A DNA stretch of 64,000 bases, taken from Octopus vulgaris. Taxonomy: Eukaryota. The DNA lies in contig OX597818.1 in assembly GCA_951406725.2 (NCBI GenBank), positions 83,390,001 through 83,454,000 of the forward strand. Direction: 5' to 3'. The notes beneath the pieces were generated by a model that saw only the letters and a program-made list of their open reading frames with translations, was not told where the DNA came from and made no database searches. The translations under genes were made by a program, and so were the position numbers. This document shows, piece by piece, positions 43,318 through 56,327 of the stretch (position 1 is the first letter of the stretch; each line of letters begins with the position of its first letter).

Positions 43318-43900
43318 CGATCAATAATTCTATATATATTTTCACAAATTCGGAATATCCGAGTGTCCTATTCAGGATTGCATTAGTTTCCGTACAGTAA
43401 GAAATTGTAGGAATGATGATTAAGAGAAAGGAGATTTTCGACATCTATCATTTTAGTAAAAACGTTATTTAGAGCATTCGTTTCTGCTACATCGACTGTA
43501 CACTGTTAGAAATTCATCCTGGTGTCATTGTCGGTATAGTTTCCTCTGGATCCTTATTTATTGCCGTTTCGAAACTGAAGGAATCAGTAAGCTGAATGAA
43601 TAAAGTGTTTTTTTTAGAATGAGTGGGTGAACAGACTCCGCGCAAGTCACAAACGTAGTAGGAATCCATTTACTATTCATCATAAACAAAGAATTCTCTG
43701 TGATAGGATGGGGTCTATACAGGGATGATGCTCTTTTGATCGTGGACATCCCCTCAAATATAGGGACAGAGAGGTACAGGAAAAACAGAACCTGCAACTA
43801 CCCATATCAATAGAGAATGAACACAACTTTTTTATGATACTTTAGACTTAAGTGCAGGGATTTAAAAGCTTTATAATAAGAGAAACACGAACCTTATATA

Positions 43901-44490
43901 CGCGGTGTGATCAATAAGTATCCGGATTGTTGCCATAGTAACAAAGCAAAACCACACAGAGTAAAACCATTCGTCACAGATTGACCTTGAACTATGCTAT
44001 GCATGCCACTAAGTTTTCTTGCTCTCTTCCGCCTACATCGTCAGTGATGATGAACTGAACAGTAAGAAATCTGATAATTCACGGATGGTGATTCGACGAT
44101 TTCCCCTCTCAGATGCACTCACATCTGTGATGTTTTTCTCAGTTCTGCTGCTTGCGGGCCTTTGACCGTTCGTCAATATCGACATTTTCCCGTCCATTCT
44201 GGAAACGCCTGAACCACTTGCACACTTGTGTGCGGCTCATACGCTCCTCTCCATACACCTTTTGAAACTTTGCGTAGGCCTGTGAGCAGGTATCACCATA
44301 ACAACACTGTGTCATGGTCATTGCGACGATCACAGGCGGAAGTGAACTAGAAACAGCGGAAGTGAGCTCGAACGTTAAAAGTTAGTGTAAAAGCACAGAG
44401 TTCAAGGTCAATCTTTACCAAGCAGCTTCACTCTGCATGTTTTAGGTTCGTTACTATAGCAACTGCTGGATGCTTATTGATCAGACCTCA
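43901..44490 (-). mobile_element. Non-autonomous mariner with ~110-bp TIRs nested in the PLE
   Basis: CGCGGTGTGATCAATAAGTATCCGG.. / ..CTGGATGCTTATTGATCAGACCTCA; minus ORF GDTCSQAYAKFQKVYGEERMSRTQVCKWFRRFQNGRENVDIDER; inserted at a TA. Confidence 0.9.
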
Positions 44491-45584
44491 CACATAAATG
44501 AATATAGTAATCACCCTAGATGCATAACCCATTAGAGAACGTTTCTAGCCGTATTTCTAACCTATCAGCGAATGAATAAATTTTCAAACGAAAGGAGGAC
44601 TTTTATAATGTAGCACTAGGGAAATCAGTGCTACATTAAAAAACAATGGAATAAAGGAATCATGACAATAATCGCAAAATAATAGTTGACGGAAGAAAGA
44701 TAAATATTAGCCATCTAAGGACTAAGAGGAGAGATGATTATAGGAAGTTCGAACACCTGGAAAATAACCATGGAATATCAAATAATATGAAGGATAGTAA
44801 TGATTTTAAGGAATTAAGGCCACATAAAGTAATAGGAATATTAGTAGGTGGCGCAATAGGCGAAACTATTTAGAGATAACATGACTGAAACTAAAATAGA
44901 AAATAATAATAAATATAGAAGAGCTAGTAACTGTGATTGCGCAGAGGATAGGCAATGTCCGTTAAACTTCGAATGTAAAAATAAAAATGCGGTTTAGAGG
45001 TACAAAGTTACATCTGTAAATAAGGAATATTTCTATATAGGTGGCAGCTCATGTTTTATAAAACAAAGAATAGGTTACCATGAAAATTGTTTTAGATATA
45101 GCAACAAGAAAAAATTTGGTTGCTGAAGGATAGAAGTAAAATATATTCAAAGGGTGGCATATTAATAGTAGGGGTAAACCGTATAGTACAGGGGGTAAAA
45201 GATGTGAACTATGCTTAGAGGAAATTCAAATAAACGCATTACACTTTATATAAGACAAAATATAATTTATAAGAATGAAAATTGTGAAAACAAGAAACAA
45301 AAAGTAGATCTAATTTATTTGAATACCTTTAAATCTAAAAATATTCGCCTTGAAATGAGTGGAATGGTAAACTTCTAATAGTAGTAATGAATCTACACAA
45401 ACGTTTACTTGAACCGTGACCTATTTTTAGGACTATATTTCGCTTCATTTACCACATTTATTAGAAGTGACCCCTAGGTCAAAATTCTGACAACTATTTA
45501 TAGTAACACCCATACATTCTAAAAAACACGTTATTCATTCATCTTTTGATTTCTTCTAATTCACCTCAGAACGGCAGAAAATAA

Positions 45585-45670
45585 GGACCCTGATGAAACT
45601 GTACCGACAATGACAGCAGGATGCATATCGAAAAGTGTGCAGCTGATGCAGTTGAAACGCGCGTAGGTCC
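45585..45670 (+). ncRNA. Type I hammerhead ribozyme motif with long stem II in the PLE 3' repeat
   Basis: GGACC-CTGATGA-AACTGTA...TGCAGTT-GAAAC-GCGC-GTA-GGTCC; perfect 5-bp stem I; distal helices CAGC/GCTG and TGCATAT/GTGTGCA. Confidence 0.9.
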
Positions 45671-45819
45671 AGCAAAAAGGCTGTAAATAAATGTTTAATG
45701 ATAGATGTGAAATGGCTCTGTTCTCCATATATAAAATGTATGTATGTACGCATGTATGTATACAGACACAGACACACAAACACACACGCACACGCACACA
45801 CACACACACATACAAACAC

Positions 45820-45875
<56 letters not shown>

Positions 45876-45999
45876 CACGTGATCACGTGACCGACCAGAC
45901 CATCAGATGTTACACAATGCGTTCGCATTGTTTTAGCCTTCGAATGACGCCACAAACACTATATATATACATGTATATATAAAGGGTTTTCGGGCTAAT

Positions 46000-46900
46000 T
46001 TTGAGAAATGTTTGTCTCCTTATTTTCAGGAACCATTTTATATATTTATAAACAATCAACGGCATTGGGGAGCATAAATCTTAAATTCGGTGTTGAGAAA
46101 ATGTTAGACGACATAAAACTATTTGAAAACTGGAAATGACTTACCTGCATCACTATGATTCGCGCCGAGTATCCAAATACCGACATTATGACTGCTACTC
46201 AGCACCCCGCGAACATCGTACGTTGTAAGGAATAATATGACTCTATAGCGAAATTTCGTAAACTATGTTTACCTTCACTAATGATGGTGACGTTATGCCA
46301 CCCCACAAACTTTAGGGCTTTAGTGAACAACATGAACCACGGTTCAAGAAAAACCCATTAATACTCTTAGCAAGCCCCCAAATGAAAAGCGTGGTTGATG
46401 AAACCTTATATGAAACAGTAAATATCAGTCAAAAGGCATTAAAAAGCATCTCAAGAAGGAAAATTCACACGTGGGTTTAACTCAGAGATCCTCTATGAAA
46501 GATTACCATAATAATAGCTGTGGAATCAATAACAAAAGCCTCAATCCTTTGGACACTGGTTATTATTAAAAGTGACTTCTCCTTGCCGATAAATGCAGAT
46601 ATGAACTGCAAGATACAAATCTCAAATACTGCATTACCTGCCCCAATTGCAAGGAAAAATATATTCGCGAAAACAACACTATCATTTGCTGACATTCAAG
46701 AATCCGCAGACAACACATCAGACAAAAAAAGATGACGCAAATTTCTGCTGAGTGAGCATCTTAAAATATGTGAATACAGCAGATTCAAGATCTTTCATTC
46801 CGACAAATGCTCAAGGGAAGACCCTATGTATTGGAAGGCAATAATACTCTAATTAAAAAATTCTTATTTAAGTTAAAGGTGTAAAAAACATATATATTTA
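46000..46900 (+). mobile_element. Heavily decayed PLE fragment of a different lineage (Cys-rich GIY-YIG)
   Basis: INADMNCK..LKYCITCPNCKEKYIRE..RQHIRQK..LLSEHLKIC..RFKIF across frameshifts (46589-46800); boundaries approximate. Confidence 0.65.
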
Positions 46901-48199
46901 TAAACACAGAAGGAATCTTTGTTATAAAAATTAGTACCTCGGATGAAACAAATCAGATTACCACTCGATAATTTTCTAGATAATGTTCTCATTGCTGTTA
47001 CTAGAATAACTGGAAAAATTCACTTAAGCAATCAACACACAGCACAAACATACTCTGTGACACATATATGCTTAAACACACACGCACACACACATATATA
47101 TACACACAAAAACACACACGAGCGCACACACATGCACACAGCCACAGACACACACACACATAAATGCACCTACATTTAAAAACCTTCGAAATCCATCTGG
47201 ATAATATGACAACTACATCCAAAATACAATTCAATTTCACCTTTCCAGAAAATGGCTGAAATTATATTTCTTCCTTTTTTTCTTTCTAACTTTCGTTCTC
47301 TTTTCCTCTTTTATCTTCCTCTAACCAAGCCCTCCAAAATTCATCATACACATTGACAGATACACTTAGGCATAGTCGCATACACTCGCACACTCATGTT
47401 TGTGTATATTATGGTTTTGTATTTATTGATATTTTTAACAACTTATAGCACTCAATGCGTTATTCATATCTAATATGCAGTATATTATAAGAGGCAAACT
47501 ATTTAGTTTTACAGTCTGCAGAAAGACATGCTGTTACTTAGGTCAAGCTACTGCCATCTTGTTATGAAAATCTTTATGTTAATCTTCACAATGGTCACTA
47601 CTTGGTCATAACTTTTAAGGGAAAACCTGTACTGGTAACGCAAAACCTCACTATCATAAATCTTAGCTTCGCCAGGTCAATCGTCATAATTCAATTTTAT
47701 ATGCTAAAGAGTGGCAAAACTGTAAGTAGAAAGGGGTCGACTGTTTTTTTAAGCATGATAGAATTATCAAATTGCATTAGCGTGCGGTATACATGCGTAT
47801 GTTGGTGGTTTGGTTTCAAAATAGCGGGCAGCGTTACTAGAGGCATCTTCAGTTTGAATAAAATAAACTTGTTTGGATAGGTAGATTCATTGGGAAATCG
47901 GTTATGGAATCTAAATAGTTGTTGTGTTTGTTCAACTTTATTCGTATGCTTGCTCGTTCTACTAAGTACTATTACTCGCCTGGGTTGCTGTTGTGCGCTC
48001 GCGCCTTGGTCCCTCTGTTCCAGGGTTACGCAAAGCCTCATATTCCTGATCGAACAATACTCCATGGTGAGGGTTTAATGGCGATATCCAGTTGAGTTGT
48101 TCGTTGTTTCGATGAATGATGGCCCAACATCTTTTATTTTTTTTATGTTTCAGCTCTCAGGTTGTGGACATTCTGTTGCACCGCCAGTGTCATCACCTT

Positions 48200-49560
48200 T
48201 TCAATGGCAATTCTTATGAGATTGGCTTTTTGGTGCAGGCAGGAGTTTGACAAAGCTGCACTCGTTTGAGTCTCTGTGATACAGGTTAATCTGGGACCTT
48301 GGACAGCAGGATATTAAATTGTTCCCTGAAAACATCTATCCTTACTACATGAAGATCTCTCAGATATTTTGGAAAGGCATTAAATAGTTGTGTGTCCTTG
48401 AATCCCAAGCTACTGCAGTATATGGCCATCACTCTAGACGTTACTAATTTGAAACTGAGGTGTGAGCACAATTGAGAGTAGTAGTCCAGGCGGCTGAGTA
48501 GAGAATTTCTCCATAAAATCAGCATAGTTTCCTGGTCCCTTGTTCTGAAGTGTCTCACAATTCATCTAGTCATTCGCTTGCATATTGCTACCTTCATGGT
48601 GATATGTACGCGAAACGAAGCGTCATTGCTCATACTAATCCCCAGATCACGCATTGCACTTGACTCCGTGATTGCTGCTTCTTTTGGACCAAAGTATTCT
48701 TGTGGCATGTGAGCACTGGTTAGTTGATAGCGGAGGTCTTGGAATGTGTAGATGTCTGCGTAACCAAGAAAGGCACCATAAACGGTAATAGCTCCAATAC
48801 AGTTCCCTGAAGCATTCCACTCTCTATTACTCTCATGTAACCACTTTCCCCGTTTTTCTACTATGCCGAGTCTCGTAGCTCGTGACATGTCATCCTGTGA
48901 CCGATCTTACCAGGGGCCTTTGCAGAGTCAAGATATATCACATCCACGTTTGAGCGATTCATTAGTTGTTTCAACACCCATTCATAATGCTGCTAAAACA
49001 ATGTAAGGCAGCTTCTTCTTGGGCGGAGACCATGCTTGTTTTTAAGGAGCAACTCATTATTTTCGAAGAAGGTGATCAGTTTTCTCCTGACAATACGTTC
49101 CACGAAATTGCTGACATGGGAGTTAGAGAGACTGGTCAATGATTTTTAGCATCTGCTCAGCTAACTCCCTTATGGATAGGACATTTTATGCCTTCTTTTC
49201 ACTTTCTGGAAATCTCCTAGTTGCACGGAAACTCTTGGAGAGGGGCTGTAGTGGTCTTGCAAGAGCCCCTTTGTATTCCTTTAGGTAGATTGGTGGCAAT
49301 CTAGTAGGACCTGTGGTTGAGTTTAGATTAATTTCATCAATGGCTGATATTACGTCTATTTTCTCTATTTCGATGTTATCAATAATTGCTATCGCTCTAT
49401 GTAAAGCTGTGGTGCCGAAGAATTCACTAAGGATAACTATTTCCAAGAGCCCCTACAGCATTGTGAAAGTATTCTTGTATTGAACATTCAATAATATCAC
49501 TGATACTTTGGGTATTTGCTTCGGGAGTCATTTTCCTCTAACAGTGGGCTTATCTTGTAC
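48200..49560 (-). mobile_element. CR1/Jockey-group LINE ORF2 pseudogene fragment
   Basis: IEIEKIDVISAIDEINLNSTTGP..LKEYKGALARPL..PIHKG..PVSLT..ERIVRRKLITFFENN..HGLRPRRSCL; RDLGISMSNDASF..; SRLDYYSQL; QLFNAFPKYLRDL; internal deletions. Confidence 0.88.
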
Positions 49561-49738
49561 CATACTAACTCAGACACTTTTGCAAATATATAGATACACA
49601 CACACACGCGCACGCACACGCGCCCACACACACAAAGACACACACACATACATCCACACAAAGCCACACACTCATGTATATGTACAATTGATTTCCATTT
49701 ATACTTGTGATCATACTTATGTATGTACTATGTGTACG

Positions 49739-49790
<52 letters not shown>

Positions 49791-49877
49791 AGGTGTATAT
49801 GTGTGTGTGCATTTTTAAGTATTTACAAATGTTTGTGTGTATATATACATTTACATATACATATGTATCTCTCCCTC

Positions 49878-49912
<35 letters not shown>

Positions 49913-50298
49913 ATGTATATATATACGTACATATAAATATTCGGTATGAAAGCAAGCAGAGACATTATGAGACAGACGTACACAAAAACAAAGAAGAAAA
50001 CCATACATAATGTATGATTGCTTATGTATGCATCTACATCTTTGGTGCGGCTAAAGACTCACACCAAGTATTAACAAAAATAGGTCTCGGCAGCCATTTT
50101 AAATAGGCGCAGATTATTGATTCTATATATATGATATGAAAGAAGTCCTGGATTTTGGTCTTCTTCCTCTTAATCATTTCTGTCTTTGTCTTCTGGTCTT
50201 TATTCTTTTCCCATCTTCTTTCTGATATGTATTTTTTCGTTATTGTTCGTAGTCTTATTTGGTTATTTGTAACAATAGCTAAAAAAAAACGACAAGAC

Positions 50299-50342
<44 letters not shown>

Positions 50343-50437
50343 GCACACACATATATATATGTATGTATGTATGTATATATATATATATATAATTTTAATA
50401 GTAAAATCAATATTGATGATGTTAACAATAGTAGCAG

Positions 50438-50612
<175 letters not shown>

Positions 50613-51334
50613 AATAATATTAATGTTGATGTTAATAATGACATTAAGAACGAAAATTAACTAAGATGCTCCAGTAGGAATATAGGTTAATTAGAATCTC
50701 ATCTTGTCTATGAATAAAAGTGACCAACTTTACAATATTGTAAGAAATCTGAGTTTTACGAGTAATCTCTTTATTTGTTTGTCTGGCTTTTTCTCTCTTT
50801 TTCTATCTATATAAGCACACACACGAACAAAAGGGCAAGAGAGCGAAAGAAAGAAGCAAACAAAAATAGAGAGAGGCAGGGAAAGATAGATAGATTCAGA
50901 AGGAGAGGGAGGGGAGAGAGCGTATGAGTCATTGACTAGGGTGTGGTTTCGATTCTCAGACCAGGCAGTGAGTTGTGTTAATGAACAAAACACTACATTT
51001 CAAGTTTCTCTCTTATCGCTCCGACGTCTCACACGTGGCATAGAATTCACCAGTATGTACAAGCAATTTTGTGAATGTATTCAAATAATTGTACAGCACA
51101 AACATTTGATCCCTATAGACAAATCATCTCTACAGGTTATTCCACAACAAATTGCGAAAAAATGTGCTACTGTGAGTGTCATGCAATAAAAAGATGCCAG
51201 GCAGTAGTTTCCACACATCTGGTGTCTCCGCGCAATCTTCAGACACGGCCCACAAGGTTTCGCATGCTCTCATTGCATGAAAGTAATATTCGCACATAAA
51301 AACACACACTGTGTTTATATATATATATATATAT

Positions 51335-51532
51335 GTAGGTCCCGGGTTAAGTCGGGGTTAACCACAGTAAATAAGGTACTCAATACATAGCAGAGTAAAT
51401 TAATTTATTTTATAGAAGGAGCTTCTACAGGGCTAGAACTGTTTCATTCAAAAGAAATCATCAGGAGCTTCCTGATGATTTCTTTTGAATGAAACAGTTC
51501 TAGTCCTGTAGAAGCTCCTTCTATAAAATAAA
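51335..51532. mobile_element. Young ~200-bp hairpin element in (TA)n with 63-bp inverted arms
   Basis: 51404-51466 and 51470-51532 are reverse complements with one mismatch and a 3-nt spacer; (TA)n on both sides. Confidence 0.88.
51464..51518 (+). ncRNA. Compact type I hammerhead ribozyme motif (mirror copy on minus strand, ~51418-51471)
   Basis: GGAGCTTC-CTGATGA-TTTC-TTTT-GAAT-GAAACAG-TTCTAGTC-CTGTA-GAAGCTCC; 8-bp stem I, stem III ACAG/CTGT, GUA triplet; U-U at the base of stem II. Confidence 0.8.
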
Positions 51533-51552
51533 ATATATATATATATATATAT

Positions 51553-51588
<36 letters not shown>

Positions 51589-53959
51589 GCTATGCTAAGA
51601 TACGGTGCATAATAGACTTTTAGGACTTAATTCCAATTTAACACTCCACATCGATGCTTTGTGTATTAGCTTAAGTGGAGGCGGAACCGATTAGTTTATA
51701 CTGGCATCGAGTTGTATAATTTGTAATAATGAGATCAAACCAAATGGTGAATCGTAATACGTACATTCCAGGTCGCGTAATATTTAATAAATGGATCCAT
51801 TACGTTAGACCTTCTTCAGTTATAGCTGCCAAAATATTATGAGTTTTTCAACTGAGCAATTTTTTACATTGTAAGACATATATTTGTGTCTAATCTTGCT
51901 TAAGCCCTTATGTACACACCGACGGGGAAAGATATAGGAAGTAGTAATTTTTTCTTGAAAGAAAAATATTCTCTCTATAGGTAACAGGTGTGCAAAACAC
52001 ACCACGATGCTATGAAGGACGTTATCGTACGTAGGACACATGCAATTCTTCATCGTTATGCATCGTCAGCTACGCATATAGATTCGCCGTTCAATGTCAC
52101 CTTAGAAATTGTTGATCGTACATTATAACAGCAAATGCGACATAGGATGAGGAGCAGGAAGAGGGACAAGTCGAGGTGGGGAAAGAGGATGGCGACAATG
52201 TTGGGACAACGACAACCATGACGACGATGTGGTTTATAAGAAATGATGATTTCGATAATTATGACTGAACTATTATTATTATCGATATCGTTAATTATAT
52301 TTTTCGTCACAATTATAATCTTGAGGTTGATAACGATAACAGTGTTTAAAATAATTGTGATGGTGAAGACAATGGCAGCAGAGTTTATAATACTTATGAT
52401 GATGGTATGTTAATAATTCTTCCTAATGTTGGCACAAAGCCAGCAATTTTGAGATGGAAGAATTGATTCATAAACGCTCTGGGTAAATGAAGAAAAATAA
52501 TTTCATCGTAGCATTTTATTGGGACTTTACCAATATCCTGCCTCTACAAGTTCTATATTTGAAGGGTTATTTTTTGAGTTTTTCTAACATTCCACACCGC
52601 TCAAATGCTGTGCTTCTTGCTTTTTTGTCGTCTGTCAGTGACCATCAGTTCCTCTCCATACATCTCCGCATTTTTCTTTTTCTATTTGGTCTACATTGAT
52701 TCTTTTCAGTTTGATTTTTATTTAGTTCTTAGTAAAATATTCTTGTTTTGGGGTTGAACTGTTTGTTTTGTTCAAGTGATTGTTCGGTTCGATATTTAAG
52801 ACGAAGATTTCTTTAAGATTTAGCGAAAATCTATTGTTTCAGATGTTTTTTGATTTCGGATACTTCAGCGTACTTTTTAAAGATGTTTTTTTCATATTTT
52901 GTTCTTATCATTGTATATTTCAATAGTTCTTACTACCTCGGTTACATTGTTTTCCTTTTGTGTCTGTTAGTTATTGATTTCATTATAAATTCACAGATCT
53001 TCTTATACTTATATATCTCAATGTTTGCATTCTAAGGTTTTCGCTTTGTTTTAATATTTCTATAAGAATACATCTGATAGAGTGCAAAATGTTTTTGTTA
53101 ACTACTGTGTCTGCTGCATGTATTAACTTAGTTTCACTTAGTAGTTTAGATGTTCACCGTTCCTTTCATTCATTAGAATTATAATAGGCTGAAGAAAAAT
53201 TAGTGAGATAAGCTAATGATATGAATTTTGATGAATCTTGAGGGTGTGATGCATCTATTAGTGGTGTCCTTTCCAGGAGTTGCATGGTTTTTGATGAGTG
53301 TGCCACTATATTTCTGTCAATACTGTTCCCAGTCCTGTCCCTACACATATATTAGCATATGTCCGGGTAAAAGCTATGGCTTAATATCCCGTAACCAACC
53401 GAGCCGGGGTACGTTCAAATCATTGGTAGCAAATGAAAATAAATGATGAATGTCACTAAATGCTGATCTGATGGACAAAAAAAAAAAAGAAAAAAAGAAA
53501 CAGTGCGTGTCCCGAAATAATTAATCCAGTTAGTGAACAACTGCTACCTTTGCTGCCTTTCTGTGCACAGGTGAGATCTTTCAGCTAGCGAAAGACTGAT
53601 GTAACAAAAAAAAAAACCAAGTCACATCTCTCGACCGGTACACTTCGGGTAGAAGAGTTGCATTGGTCTGAATAATGCACCCGGTGAGGATGATGACAAC
53701 GCAAATAAAAAGATAACCAACTAAAAACATTACCTTGAATTTTCTACCTTAGATAGCGGACGATAGAGGATCTAACAGTCACTGTTAAGGACTAACAGCA
53801 CAAGTGGATATCATTTGTGGAAATTGCCAATAAGTTTCACTAAATAATTGCATGGCTAATGAGAGTATCTGGTCTTTCTTTTAAGCCAGTAAAACTACTA
53901 ATAATATTTTGCAATGATATTCTTTTGCAATGTCGGCAAAATTTCTGAATTTATTTTGT

Positions 53960-54562
53960 AGTGGATGGAGGGTAGTCGATTACATTAATTCTACTGCTTT
54001 ACTGGTACTCATTTTATTCACCCTGGAAGCATGAAAGACAAAGCAGATCACGGCGGGATTTTAAATCAGAACGTAAAGGCCCTGAGAAAATGCTGCTAAG
54101 AATTATATCCGGTATGCTAACGATTTTGTGAGCTCACCTACCTCAGCAATAGTTTCAATTTTTGGCACAAAGTTAGCAAATTTAAGGGAGCATGTACATC
54201 GGTTACATCGAGCCTAATGCTCAGTTGCTACTAATTTTAACATCCCTGAAGGATAGAAAGTGAAGTCGACTTCAGCGGAATTTGAACTTGGAACGTAAAC
54301 AACCGGAATAAATGCTACTAATTGTTCTGTGCTGAGTGGGGCTCTTTCAATGATATTGAATATCCTCATTTCAAATGGAATTTTGGGGGCAGGGTTAAAC
54401 CGATTATATTGGACACCAGCGTTCACCTGTTACTTCTTTCATCAGCTCCGAAAAGTTGAAAGATAAAGTCTTGTTTCATCGACCTTGGCAGAATCTGAAC
54501 ACAGAAATATACAGATGGATCTAATGCCGCTTCATGTTTAGAGTGGCGTGCTAACGATTCTT
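53960..54562 (-). mobile_element. Three tandem diverged group C SINE copies
   Basis: Repeated ..GTCGATTACAT..CTGGTACT..GAAAG..AAAGTCGAC..GCGGAATTTGAAC..GAACGTAAA.. units. Confidence 0.7.
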
Positions 54563-54623
54563 AATAACAACAATGATGATGATTATGAAGATGATGATAA
54601 TAATAAGAATAACAAAATAATAC

Positions 54624-54662
<39 letters not shown>

Positions 54663-54670
54663 TAATGATG

Positions 54671-54713
<43 letters not shown>

Positions 54714-54779
54714 CAATAATGATGATAATAATAATAATAATAATAACAATGATGATGATGATGATGAGGAGGAGGAGGA

Positions 54780-55108
54780 GCAGACCCCTTCAGTCATGAA
54801 TGGCGATGGGATTGCACCTAGAAAGTTACCCTCCGAGGATCAAGTACGGACAAGATTGCTTTATGGAAGGTCAGCAGTCGCCCATGCATACCGGACTCCC
54901 CTCTTCACAACACTGATGTTATTGAAGGGAAAGGCAAAGGCCGATACAGCTTGGCCCCAGTGATGTCGCAACTCATTTCTACAGATGAATGAACTGCAGC
55001 AACGTGAAAATAAAGTGCCTTCCTCAAGAAAACAACACGCAGCCCGTTCCGGGAATCGAACTCTCATTCTCACGATCGTAAGCTCGATGCTCCAACCACT
55101 GAGCCTTC
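54780..55108 (-). mobile_element. tRNA-derived SINE with a distinct tail
   Basis: Minus strand GGCTCAGTGGTTGGAGCATCG..GAGTTCGATTCCCGG (A/B boxes); embedded between trinucleotide tracts. Confidence 0.8.
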
Positions 55109-55123
55109 ACAATAATAATGATG

Positions 55124-55196
<73 letters not shown>

Positions 55197-55412
55197 TAAT
55201 GAACGCACATCACCTGAAATTTTGAGGAAGGGAGCTAGTCATTATATCGACCCCAGTACGTAACTGGTACTTATTTCATCGACCCCGAAAATATGAAAGT
55301 CAAAATAGACCTTGGCGGAATTTCAACTCAGATTATAAAGACGAACAACATGCCGGTAAGTATTTTGACCGGCGAGCAAACGATTCTTAATAAGAACAAC
55401 ATAAAACCAACA

Positions 55413-55445
<33 letters not shown>

Positions 55446-55470
55446 GTAATAAGAATGACAGAATATTAGC

Positions 55471-55528
<58 letters not shown>

Positions 55529-55988
55529 TGAACATGCTGACCTAAGGGTTCTATTGATATTCCCTTCGTTTGAGGCTTGAAATGTGTTTGAAATAAATGC
55601 TGGAATTCGTTGGAAAAGAAGCAAAACGTCATCAGGATGTTATTGTTGGTCTTGTTACTCATATACTGCTTTCTTGTAGTTCTACAAGTTGTTCTTGCAA
55701 TTATTGTTATCTAATTCGTTATTTACTCACCATTTCTTTCTTCTTCTTCTTTTCTTCATCATTCCATTACGCTAAAGCAATTTTTAAGGAGAAAAATCTG
55801 CAGTAAATGGGAAAAAAAAATTTGTTTTATTTTTAATATTTTTACATCGAAGGAAACGAGTGCCGGAATGCGCATGTTTTACATTCTATTTTTCAGGTTC
55901 TTCTCTGTTTTCTTTTGCTCTTTCTAATTTTTCTGTAACATTATTACAAAACGATATATATGTATATGCATATGTATATATATATATA

Positions 55989-56030
<42 letters not shown>

Positions 56031-56031
56031 T

Positions 56032-56069
<38 letters not shown>

Positions 56070-56254
56070 TGTATTGTATTGGCATCCTTTCTGTCTCGGG
56101 AGACAATGGAGTTGCGCATGAAGTAGACTAGAGAGATAGATAGATAGATATAGACATACCTATATAGATATGAATATGTATATATACATGTGTGTGTGTT
56201 TGTCTATATAAATGCTTATGTAGTATAAAAGTATGTATTTATGAACACATGCAT

Positions 56255-56327
<73 letters not shown>

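Larger units (their letters stand above)
43441..45727 (+). mobile_element. Penelope-like retroelement, 5'-truncated, with inverted 5' terminal repeat; decayed RT and GIY-YIG
   Basis: DSAQVTNVVGIHLL..WGLYRDD (YRDD 43718-43729)..LIYINEYSNHP (split by a mariner); NCDCAEDRQCPLNFECKNKNAV*RYKV..FYIGG..KQRIGYH..GKPYSTGGKRCELCLEE (44929-45225); 43441-43629 is the reverse complement of 45507-45708. Confidence 0.9.

Noticed and set aside
47805-47856. Minus-strand CTGAAGA..GAAAC as a hammerhead
   Set aside because: No closing stem II pair and no NUH triplet or stem III.
55600-55640. Minus-strand CTGATGA..AACGAA as a hammerhead
   Set aside because: No GAAA, no stem III and no stem I pairing.
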